Positions 11,844-24,300 of a stretch of 64,000 nucleotides of DNA are shown here, in pieces (the stretch's first letter is position 1; every line of letters starts with the position of its first letter). The stretch lies in contig JAQGDQ010000091.1 in assembly GCA_030141605.1 (NCBI GenBank), positions 310,001 to 374,000 of the forward strand, in the 5' to 3' direction. The notes below the pieces were generated by a model. That model saw only the letters and a program-made list of their open reading frames with translations, searched no databases and was not told where the DNA came from. Source of the DNA: Tubiluchus corallicola (taxonomy: Eukaryota; Animalia; Priapulida). A program made the position numbers and the translations under genes.

Positions 11844-14800
11844 GACATAGATAGTTTTTGGTTAGTTTTTCAGCTCGACTTTTTTCAACCACTGTCGTAA
11901 CCACATTCCACATTTCGCCGTCACGATTCGGTCACTATCATTGTTTTTGTTATCATCGTGGTAGTTTGTTATTATTATTATCTTCTGTTGTTACCATATA
12001 CTGTTACTGGTAGAATTTCACTACTACTTGCATGATGGTTACTAGTGACAAACGGCTGATGGAACGTTAAGAATCTGTACATAGTTCTAAGGAATAAACA
12101 TGGCTCCAGCAAAGTAAATTGTCACTTGTACAAGTATAGTTTTCATTATGCATAATGATGAGTTCGCAAACGAAATTTAATTAGGACGCAAAAACTGCAG
12201 AGCAAATTGTGAAAGTTCATTAAATTATGATTCGAATTGGTTGTCACCATTTCCATTCGAAATTGAAATTTCCAACCCCTGCTGTATTTGAAAATGTCAG
12301 CATCCCATTTCATTTAGTCTTTCTTATTAGCAACAAATAGGATCCGTGTGGTCAACAGCACTGCAGCAGATGCTAATGAGGGTCGTAAGTTTTTAATGTG
12401 GTTAGCTACACCTTAGCATATGCCAACAATTGTTGTTATAATCTTGTAGTTTTGTAGTTATCCATCTTGCATAAGTGTGTCTGGGGGTTCTGAGCATGAA
12501 GTGGTGTGTTAAACTAACGTTGACTAACGATGAGGTCTTTACCTCGCACAACACACAGCGATTGATTAGCATGGTCTAAATTCGGAAAAGGACCACGCGA
12601 GCCTGCGCTATAAAAAATCGCGAAAGCAGTGAGAGTGATGCGCCTCCAGGGCCTCTCGGGTGTAAACAATAGAGCACGCGTGTGTGCGGTTGTGGATGCA
12701 GAGTAACATGTGCGAAGCATCGATTTCTGAGACAAAAGTCCCAACGCTGACGTGAATGAAGCATGTACTGTGTGGTGCTGATGCAGAAACTGATGAGGAT
12801 GTAAACTAGCGCTTAACTGCATGCTTTACTAAATGAACGTGAAAATGCGAAATGTTCCCGGAATTTTTTTGATCTGACGTGATTTTGAGTTGTGACATAT
12901 TTTGAGATATCGTGGATTGACGTAATCACTTGTTTACGAACTTAATATTAAAAGAACGCGGATGTACTTGTTGTCGTGACGCTGCGTATTTAGATGGATA
13001 ATTTAATCGCATTTCTAGAAACTAGTCAGTGTTTTCGTGCTTTACACTATGTGGTTAACCACTAACATTGACTTTTGGATGTTAAACCAAGGCACATGCT
13101 CTATAGTGTATAACATTTGAGTTCGTCTAAAGTATTTATACCATTTCTGTTTTGGCAGTTTCATTTGACGTCTGGCTAGACCGAAGTTGTTCAAGCACAG
13201 ATTTATTCACTTTTGTTTTTGTACAGACATTGCCCATATACGTCAATCTTAAATACTGAAATGCTTCCAACAGTGAGCTGAAAGGAGCTTAGATTGTTTT
13301 TTCTTGCTGCGCGTAATAAAACGATAAATTCCTGGGGCGCGAGCTGGCTTCATGTCAATGAGTGGGGCTTTTTCTCTTCTGTATGAAAGCAGCCGAATTA
13401 TATTGTTGATAATGTAGCATCTACGATTTCAACAGCTGTTTAGCGACATCTGGATGCTGCTGGAGTTAAACTAAAGCACGTGTTGATTGTATTAGATAAT
13501 GAAGCTTGACACAGTGAACGTGCAGTTCATCCATAGTACACGCATACATTCCATATAAGTTAAATGTTCGAGCTTTAAATACGAGTCATATCGGAATTCC
13601 AAAGGATTCTTCAATTGGACTTGCGACTTAGGTCAAGATGTTGTCGACATTAACATTTACTTCCCTTACGATTTAGAATGCAGGACAGTCTTGAATAAAG
13701 ACTTTAAAGCGGAAGTTTATCGCGCTATAATAATAAGGTTTACTCTGTTAACAGTCGGCTTTTGTTGATACGTTGTCGGAAGAAATTCTTTTGTTGGCAT
13801 TGTCTTTTAAGCTCGTTGCCTTATCTGAGCTAGTTAATCCTTATGTCAAAGAGTTACAGAGAGTGATCTTTTACCTTTGGCGTAATTTCTTAATAATCAA
13901 AATAACATTTTCTCGTGTAAGAGGGCACGTTGTGAGGTCACGACTTTTATCAGTTTTATTTATTAGTCTTCAAAAGTCGATATAGAACAATAGTGACAAG
14001 TTAAATATGGTTATTAGTGAAAGGATAATTCGTTTATAATAGTATGATTTGGGTAAGTTCAAATGCTTGGTGAAATTAAAAGCAATGTTTGTAATAACTT
14101 AACGTGATAAGTAATGTGACTGCTTTTTGGCCTTTTGTTCAGTTTCGGCCAGTGGATTAGTAACATCGCAATTATTTTATCTTTTTGTATAATTTAATTA
14201 CGTTTAATTTCCCTTACGTCATCGCTGTTTCACTGTTCCATATAACACGGTACACAGAACCCGTTTGAAGTGCAACGTTGTTTTTGTTGATGTTTTAAGT
14301 TACTGACGTCTTTTATATTATTTACTTGACTGACCTACAACACTCATGATTAGGTTCTATTTAGAGGCATATGAATGTATATACAATAGACATAAATTTG
14401 ATCTTGACGCTTTTCTAATGTTATTGAAAGTCACACACAGCAGTGCCTATTCAGTGGTACCCAATGATTTTGTTTTAGTTTTTTTGGATGTTTTGGACTT
14501 CAGTCTACAATATTGACGTGTACGCTAACTATACACCCATATTAAAGACCACAAACAGACTTGCCAAGTGAAAGTGGTACATGTATAGCCCCTATGGCCA
14601 GGAGAATATAATTGCAAATTCAATGTATTTCGTATATTATTTCAACATGTAGATTCCAGCTTGTTGGCTTACATAACTCGACACAGAAACGCTGTTCTTG
14701 CACTTTGGCAAATCTGCATATAATTTTGACGGATGACTTTCTAATAGATGGACCGTCTGCCGCTGTATTGCGCTTCATTAAGTTTACCTGCGGTCAAGCG

Positions 14801-15169
14801 ATGAGATACAACAGCGCTACCTGCCGGTGCTGGTTTAATGACACCAGGTAGTAGTCGCGTAGTGTGTTAGTGCTGGTAGTGGAAGCAAGTACGTCGGATT
14901 GAGGTAATCAACAGGATTCGTCAAGGTGAATTTGTAATCGAATTACTTATTAGGAAAGGTAGCGTGTTCGAATTGACATTACTTGTAACTCATACAAAAA
15001 GTACTATAGTCTAGAACATGCAGATGTCAGCTGATTTTGAAACATCCGAGACTTCCACACGGATATAGTCTTTGTTAGTGAAAATAATTGTATTTGGTTT
15101 GTATAGTTATTACATTGCATTATGTAAACAAAAGATGTTCTGTTTCTGGATCAATTAGGATCTGCATAC

Positions 15170-15720
15170 AGTATTATTAGAAGAAATCAAGTAAAAGAGA
15201 AGTGCATTTGTGCTTGGGAATTAAAGTAGTTTTAACGTGAGGTATGAGGCCTTACATTAATCCATGTTTTTTGCGCGTAAGCATTTGTCTGTAACTTGTT
15301 GAGGGCTGTATTTTCTTTTTGCAACAACAGTGCTTCTACGTAATTTATACTTAGGCATTTGGGTGTCTTAATTAGCGTTTTGACATCTGCTTAATGCACT
15401 AATTGTGCGCGCTGTATCAATGAAAAAAACCGCTGAGGGAAATGCAACTTGCAAGTTTATAGAGCAATGCGTTTCTTTATTGCGAAGTGTCTCACAATAC
15501 TGTTGCAAGGGAATACTCGCAAATAACACACATTAGTAATATTAGAAGAAATAGAGTAAGAGATAAAATTGCGTTTGTACTTGGGGATTATGGCGGTTTT
15601 AGTGAGAGAAATGGTACATTACATTAACCTATGCTTTTGCGCGTTTAGGTGTTAAGCTGTGAGTGGTGTTTTTACATCAACAGTGCTGCCACTGTATGTA
15701 TTTGCGCGTCTTGAGTGTTA
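15170..15720. repeat. Diverged direct duplication of about 200 bp, copies about 365 bp apart (15170-15370 and 15535-15720)
   Basis: Collinear shared blocks TATTAGAAGAAAT, TTTGT-CTTGGG-ATTA, TTACATTAA-C-ATG, TTTTGCGCGT and CAACAGTGCT. Confidence 0.8.
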
Positions 15721-18570
15721 CACCTCAAATTGTAAAATTGTTTAAGCGCATAGATTTGTGCTGCATTGTGTAGAAATTAAGGCCCTGCTTTTGTGAGTTT
15801 TTATATTAATAGCATTATCCTACATTATCCAACATGTACGCCATTAGTGGCATGCGCTTAGTTCTCAGCAAAGTGCTTTATAGTGTTACCAGCGTGCTGG
15901 GTTGGCGATGGCATTTTGAAGCCAGCATGACATGAAGCTTATTCGATTAACGTTTAATGCTGACATGTTGAACACTTTACATATAAGGGAAATGTTTTCA
16001 GCCCGTTCACTAAGGTGCACGTGAGTTATTTATAATCATTTTTGTTGAACCAAAAAGCAAAATTTGAATGGATATTTATTATTATTGAAAGCTGTGTGTT
16101 GTTACTTCATTTTATTTTTATTTTATTTTATTTTTTTTATTTTTTACATCGGGTGCCTTGCTAACACCGAGCCACAGTATGTAGTTCATTATCTACAATG
16201 ACTGAAATTTACTCTTTTTTATTATTCCTGGCATACAAATCGACAGTTACTCGTAGTGACTACATTTTGAGCTTAATTTGAGCTACATTACTGGTCAATT
16301 TGTAATCTCTCACGTGCTTTTAGAGGAATTATGCTGGGCCAGGGGTTTTTGATCCTTTTAAATTAGCGTATATGTCTGTTGTTAAGAGATTCTCCACAGT
16401 TAGCCACTCATAGCGTCGAATTCACGCCAGATTTAAAAACTTGGGCCATGTAACCTTTTTATATCAATTATCATTATGGATGTAATATTAAAATTGTGTG
16501 TTTAACACTTAAAATGAGAAGTTTAACATTAAAGAGTTACTATATTGTAGGCCACATCAAAGTTGGTCACATGTATTACATATTTTTTTGAAAATTGAGA
16601 TTCTGTAGAAATCCTCTTTTAACCCTGTACATAGTGTAGCACTTGACTATGAACTCTTCTCTGGCAAATATACTTGGAAAGCTGTATCACTTAAATACCA
16701 TATTTATTTTTCACTTTAGCTATTATTATTAACCAAGTGGAGGTTTTTCAATCGACGGTCCTTTACTTGTCATAATTAAAAACCCACCGAGCACAGTGTG
16801 GTTATTCACTTAGTTTCACTCTGTGGTTTGTTGGTAAAGAGATTAGAAGTCCAAAGCCCTTTAATTGGTGCAGATAACTGCTTGGAAAATGTTTTTCATT
16901 GGTGCCTCTGTAAATCATAATTAATAGCGTTTTTCACGATAGGAAGTCAAAAGGCATTTAACTTACAGCCCTTTGGGGCTCCACACATCTTCAATTTTAA
17001 AACAGCAACGTTTCTTTGTAACGTTTTAGGTCAAGATTTTTTTAAGAAGTCACACATACAGCTTTCGATTTTGTTTTGTATTCGTAGCTGCAGCACATTG
17101 GCGTTCATCGATTTCATAGTTTTTGTCATGAAATTTTTGAAGTTGAAACATCAGTGATTGCTGCTTATTTTTTACAATCTTTCGTGATATTTGAAACGTT
17201 AATGATTTCATAAATGATGTTCCCGGCACCATGGGTGTTAATGCACGTCAGAACTATTATAGTAGCAATTAATCAACTCGTAGTAATTTATTTACCTTTG
17301 GGATTTAAAAAAATGACGTTTCCCATTTCCTCGTGTCCATTTTGATATGCAGCAGTGGCGCCGCGATGCACGAAAAATGTGCAACTTTAAATCTGGAGGC
17401 GTTTTAGAAAATCGAATCTGACATTCTGTAAACTTTGATTTTGTTTTTAATATCTCTTTGTCGTTAAATTGAATGTTATATTTTGCTCGTCATCTACATA
17501 ATATGCATAATTACCAAATATTGACCATTTATAGACTTATAGTGCATACATGGGTCGAAATTTGCAAAAGAGAAAGGACAACAGAAGTCAGGCTAGTTGT
17601 TGAATTTTGATACCAACAGATTTAGTGTTTTACCCGATTCGCGCAGTTTTTCTCTCTCAAGAAGCAATTTGATATTCTTATTTGAAAGCATCTAGAACCT
17701 GAAGCATCCATGAGAAATTAGTGATTGTGTAGCACGGGGTCATAAGACGGCGAGATAGATAAAGAATACTAGATAACATGTTTGTATTCATATCCTTGCC
17801 TCTTCATATTGTTATCATGTTCAAAAAATGAAAAAATATTATTAAAAAAAAATTAACAGTCCAATGTGTATTGTAGACACGTGGTTGCACTCATAGCTTT
17901 GGATTTTACATTACAGCTGTTTGTATAGAGTATTTTCATGCAGTTTTAGCCTTTAAAGATTCATTGTGCTGTATAGTTTATTAGGAGTGAACTTGTTTTT
18001 ACATCAAGAACTGCTCAAGGGCCTGGTGGAAGTGCTGCCTAAAAGAATTCATTTGTTTCACGTGGGAAGAAATACAAAGACTCGAGGTTATCTTGTGTAC
18101 AGATGAGATTTACAGAAAGCAAGCAGCCATGTCTGCAAGTGTTTTGGTTCTTAGCCTAGTTCTGTCAAACTTTACGTTTACTTTTCGTTATTTGCTTGAT
18201 CTCTCATGGGATGCAAAATAGCGTTTAGATTGTCACAATGATTAAATGTATGCGCTGCAGGCATTGCGGCTTTGTTTGATTTCCTATGTAGTCTGTGAGG
18301 TGATTTGTGATCATTTAAGACGCTGTCAGTCTTAAAAATAATAGAAACTCAGACACCACTGCAATTACGTGAATGATGAGCATTGTGGCAGTTTGTGCTC
18401 TCTCGTCATTGTTAATTCTGACAGTGACTTTGAAGTCTGACTTCCCTGACCTTCGTTTACCAATTTGTCTTTTTTTCTCTAATTTTTGGCTGCCTAGAGA
18501 TAATGAGCACAATCACATGTCATAAACTTCTTGTCCTTTTGGATTTTTTTAACAAAATGCCATGATTATG

Positions 18571-18856
18571 ATGAAATGATACAACAGTTATTAAATTTTT
18601 GAAATCAAATTTGACCAAAGGAAAGGAAATGTGAAAAAAATCATTTCTGAGCATGGGTTTGAACAGAGCCCTATGACTTGCGTCTCATTTTGCACACTAG
18701 AGTATACTAGACCGTAATGTTATTTAACTCTCGTTGGGATAACTACTAGCTTATTAGGTTCTTAGTTCAAATCCATGCACACTGCCGCTTTTTTCGCATT
18801 TCGTACCTTTTGGTCAACATCGATTTGATCAATTTAATATCATGAGTTTATTCCAT
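18571..18856. mobile_element. Fold-back MITE-like element with roughly 100-bp diverged inverted arms
   Basis: Left arm ATTAAATT...TTGACCAAAGG..GAAATGTGAAAAAA...GCATGGGTTTGAAC mirrors right arm GTTCAAATCCATGC...TTTTTTCGCATTTC..CCTTTTGGTCAA...AATTTAAT. Confidence 0.65.
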
Positions 18857-21159
18857 TGCTGACCGATAATAATCCTGAAATTAAGATTATAATTTTAGCT
18901 TTCTGCAACGTTGATTGCAGAGATTCCTTTATATTTGCCGAGCCTGAGGTTATTGAATATATGCAATTTATTGTAGTTTGCCAAATTCCTGTAAGAATTT
19001 CCCCTTTTATAATACAGACTTTTCCAAGTTCGTTTAATAATTTTGGTTATTTGGAAAGACAAATTTCCAAAAAAACGTCTTTTTAGGGCACCTTGGAAAA
19101 ACAACCTCCAGAAAACCAATTATGAGTTTTTGCGATTGAAAAAAATAGCGAAAAATATAATTAGACTGTTGGAGAATTAATAGGAAATTTTTTCTTGCAA
19201 GATGATGACATTGGGCTTTGCTTTCATACCGATGTGTAATTTTTTGAAAACTTATTTAGGTACTAGGTCTTTGGTCGCGTAAAATTGAATGGTTCGGGGG
19301 TCTGGTCGATGAGTCTGCTAGAACCAATATGAATTGATGTTTCAAGTTATTCCTTCGCTGAAATTTTTTAACTAAGATCTAGCTACCTAGTGTAACTGAA
19401 ACGTCTATAGTCTATAACTTTCAGGTCCCTATAGCAAAGAAGCAGCAACAGAAACATTTTCGTGAAATTACATAGACTGATACGATCTGGACACCATGAA
19501 CTGGGGTGAAGGCGCTTTTGTATTGTGGTAGCGGCGATTTTTGAACGTCTCTTTTCCTTTGTGTGGTTGTCCTTCGTCAGTGATGAGTCATCCTACCTGG
19601 TGTGTTTGTACTTCCGACCAAACGTGAGCTCTAGGTCTTTTATTCCCATTTCTTTCATTCGCTTTCAATGCCCTCCTTGTGCGGTTTTCGTCTCCTTTTA
19701 CTGAAAGCGTGAAACACCCACCGTGCTCGTCGGGATTTGCATGATCAGGAAATGAGTCGCGAACATGTGCTAAATTATTAGCCGGCTGGAAATGTGTCAA
19801 TCTAGCCGGTCTTTAACATTAGTAGATAGGTGTCAGAGTTCGAAATTTTTCATGATTTGCAAATCTTCATTATTTACTACTCGATTTGAGCGTTCTAAGC
19901 ACTTTTTGTTGAAAGTTTCACGTTGATTTAATCAGGGTTTGAGCTTTTACATGCCAGAAAGTGGCGTCAACATTACAACTTGAAAGTTTTAGGTCTGGTG
20001 TTTTAATTAGGTGCCAACTGCCACAACAATTAATGGTAAAAGCGTTGGGCTACCAGCGACCTAATTTAAAATTCATCTTTCGAACATGCTCAAGATTGTT
20101 TACAAAGAGGAGTAAGTAACAATTTACTGTATGGGTGGAAAATTTGCACCTCATTTAGTTATTAGTGTTTCCATATTTGTCTGACATTTCTTTATGGGTT
20201 TGCAACGTATAGGCAAGGTTTGCTTAGTGGCTGTAGTAACACCTCACAGTAACCTCAATAATTTTGGCAGTTGTAGCTCAGGAAAGATCATACGAACCGT
20301 CTACTAAAATCCCACTTCTCCTTTGTACTGCTATTGTTCATTTTTTCGTCGTGTGGCGCCATTTTATCAATGTTTTCGGCCGTAAAACTTTCTTCTGGAA
20401 ATGCTGTCATTGTCGCAGTGTACGCTTTCCCACGACCGTCCAACACCCTCAGGTCACTCCAGCTTTGCAGTGATTAATTTCTCAATAATTAGTCAGCTAC
20501 GTATAAGCATAATTGCTTTATGGGACAGTCTCAAGTGGCTATTTAGTTCAAGATCGATGAATTCTTTATGCAGGCGAGTGAAAACTCTTGATTTCTTTCT
20601 CATTAATTTCTCTCAGCATCAAGTTCGTGTAATCAACGCGAGAGAGACGCAGCCACTTCTATGACCGAGATTTCAGAATGGTTGCCATAAGGCCTTTTAG
20701 CATTTAGCCAAATTGGCAGCGGCAGGCACGCCTCTTTGTAGATCTTTTTCCTAATTCATTCAGTTACCAAGTTCCTTGTTTCTTCGCAACCTTGAGGCGA
20801 TTTAAAGGCGCACTGGTTCGTTTACCTCGTACATGCTTTCTGTCTTTTTCTAGAGGGTTCTTCACCTTCATTTGCCTTAATGTCTCTTCCACTTGTTTAT
20901 AACCAAACGTTTATTGGTGCTGTAAATCGGTTATGGTCTCGACGTCGGTACAGATGTGTTATTATAATAAGTATATGTATAATTTTTTATATCTAGTATA
21001 TATTTATATTGTTTATTGATTAACGTCATATCTTAAACGTAAAATGATGAAAAAGATTAAATACCCAGAATTATCTCCTGTACTTATTTTCATATATCAC
21101 GTATATACTGGAGCAGTAAGTGTAAACTCAGTAAGATCTTGGCAAGTTTTGGAAATTGA

Positions 21160-21385
21160 CGTTACTGCAACGTTTTGGGCGTGTAATCTTTTTCTATTAC
21201 ACCGGTAAAAGGTACCATTATAAAGAATTTACAGTAAATAAATGAAAAGACCTTTTTCATGGTTTTTTTACTACTACTAAGAATAATCTCCATTAATCTT
21301 CGACCCTTAATAGGTACTGGTGTACTTGACTTGGCAATTATCTTGGCTTTAAGTTTTTGGTGTGTATCTTCACATGCATCCATGG
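21160..21385 (-). mobile_element. Possible Penelope-like (GIY-YIG tail) relic
   Basis: Peptide TH-KLKAKIIAK...RRLMEII resembles H-IDW--AKIL--E----RR--EAI-I and is followed by a CCAAAACGTTG end motif. Weak evidence. Confidence 0.25.
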
Positions 21386-24300
21386 TTATGCTTTATAATT
21401 ATTTTATCAATCTTCCTAACGCGTATTACAAAAAGACAACCCTACAGTCCGGATTAGATAATTGCTGTCTCTGTGATGGAATTTATGTCTTTGATAAAAA
21501 AATAATCCGTGATTTGATAAACTTTTAAAAATGGCGGTTCTCTTTATGTGTAAGTCCAGTGTGTTAATTATTAAAATAAATTTCTGTTCTTTATATATAT
21601 TATTATTGAAGCGAAGCATGAAATTTACTTTGATGCGCTGCGATTAATTTGGAGGTTTTCGACTCGCAAGGTTTGGTAAATTGGCCTAAGATTACATTAT
21701 GCTGTTTGTGTTAAACATTAATCTTATTCAAATTTTAATTGATTTATTTATCTACAGGTAATGAAGTGCAGCGTAGCAAACGCAATTAAATTGAGAAGTC
21801 ATTAAATTATAAGCTAAACTGGGTTTGTGCATTTATAGCAGTCAAACGACTGAATTTGGTTTGGTCACTGTTCGTCTAAAAAGCCGACCACTTAAAACTC
21901 TCGAAAGTATGCCAGTTTGTTGAAACATATCAGCACGCCTCTGGCATATTGTTTGTTAGATGTTTATCTAATATCTATGAGTTATTATTGTTTTCAGTGT
22001 GTCTTCATTTAAATGCACATCAGGTAGATGTTGTACTGTATAAGTAGCGGCCTAAATTTTGCAAGTGTTCGCATTGTAAAGAATTATGTAGGTTAAAACT
22101 TAAAAGCAAAATCTTTGTTTTCTATATGGATTTCTTTGAACGACACATTTCCTTTTGTTTAAAGCCGATTTTTTCATTGTTTGCAAAGTTGTGTACTTTG
22201 TCTTTTACTTCGCTTTAAAATACTTTTAGCTTGTCTATGTAGTGTTTGATTATGAATTGGGCAAGTACGGTGGTCATATGAATACAGATTTTAAGTTATT
22301 TTATTAACGAGCAATTTACCAGAAAATCAGATTAATACATAGTACGTTATTCAAATGTTTATATCCATGATATAGTAGTTTAGTGCAGAAGCTATTGCAT
22401 GTTAATCGAGGATACTTGCTTGGATTGACTTTTGATTAAAACAACTTCATAACATTCTCGGTATCAAAATTTGTTATTCATTAGAAATATGTCCCAAAAC
22501 GCTCTTTAATTTCCGCATGTAATTAATCACTTCTGTATTAATTTGAATGTAACAATGACATTTTGAATTGCCTTGATTTGAGAATTTGTCTGTTCTACAC
22601 ATAAGCGCTCCTATCAGCACATTAAGATCTACTGTTGGACAGTATTAATTACAAGAAGATATATCTAATTCCCAATGTGTAATGTACTTTTTCAAATGTT
22701 CTTGAAATTTCACTAGTACGGTACAAATTGGGACCCAATTGGTGTACGCTTTTCAAAAAGCCTTTGATGTGTCTTATTTTGAACCTCTGCTTTGGTCAAG
22801 TGTTTGGTTTCCTGTGGGTGGGTTACTCTGCACTGCTTACTGGCAACCCACAGAAAAAAGCATTGGAGAAAGCCGATTTGAGTAGCTGTACCGTTTGTTT
22901 CAAGTACACTAGAGTTCAGCGCGGCACTTCCTTGAACCGTGTGTAATTTTATAGCTCGAATCAATCAAAATAATAGGCCACCGTGATTCTGTTGATAAAA
23001 GTGGTGATTATAGTATGCACGCAGTGTATACAACTGATCGGAATAGCTGGTGTTTCGTGCCGTTGCTCTATTAATAAACCTTGCGATGTGCTTGTGATGG
23101 AGAATTTCTTTGATTTCTACTAAGCGATGATTGTGGCAGCATCAGAGCCTTTCTGCTTTTTAGCCATCTCGTTACTGACCAGGTCCAACATTTCTTAATT
23201 TTAGTGGCTCAGTTCACACCATGTCAAGCTTTCCCTTATCTCTATCCACACTCTATCGCTCTATGGCGGTTGGGCCACAAAGCAGTCTCTTTTTTCTGTA
23301 GTATCTGAAAGGTGTCTCTATTTTGTTTTGTCTTATTTCATTGTACACTTCAGTTATACTGTATTCTTTGATAATCTCAGATCTGTATTTCTCCGCATTT
23401 ATAACAACAGAAAACCGGTAATATGCAAGTATAAAGTAAATTTAATATAATTCAGGATTTATTGTCATGCTTTGGTTGGCTTATTTTAAAGATGCCGACC
23501 CGTCGATTTTATTAGGCGTGCCTTCTGACTGGTTGCCACAAGTGGCCTAGCTAAGTCACTCCAGAAGAAAGATTTTGTGTTGACTTTGCACTTGTGAATG
23601 TTTTCCATCCTTGAAATCCAAACTGCGTGTTATAATAATCTTCAGGAAAACTATGTGCACACATTACCCACCTATGTGCATAGGTTCGGTGATTATTTCA
23701 GTTTCTGAGACCTACAAACTGTTATGCAAGATTGTAGTTTTTGAAATGATCCATCATTTGTACTAGGCTACATCCATTTATCTTATATATGCAACTAACA
23801 GTGTGGCAAAAAACTAATATGTTCATTTGCATTTAAACGTTTTCGCAGGAGAACAAAGCTCAATCTAACACCATCAATCAATCGCTTTTGTTTACCCGTC
23901 ACTGCACACTCAATCTTTTTTAATGCCAATCTTCCGTCTAGTGCTCCATTAGGTAGAGCTCTGTGAGGTATTTTTTATATTTTTATCAACTGCCAATTAC
24001 GACTGAAGCACACCTATAGAAAAATTACAGAAGTAATGTAGCTGTGAGTGTAGAAGTAAATAGCATCATTAAAAACTAAAGTAATAGAAGGTCAAGCTCT
24101 TGTGAAAGTAATGCACGGGTGCTAAAATGTTGTCGTTTTTTATCTTTTCCCATACTTTATCGTATCTATTTATAATTTATAACGCACTTTTTTGTTAGTT
24201 CAATTTTATTACATTTTGTGTTTTAATATTTTTAAACTAAAGTAGTTTACTTGCGGTTAAAGTGTATTTCTTGCACAAAAAAAATTAAAAAACGTTAAAA

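Noticed and set aside
12001-12022. ACTGGTAGAATTTCACT resembles the 3' part of miR-183/263
   Set aside because: The seed (ATGGCAC) is absent and I see no hairpin partner.
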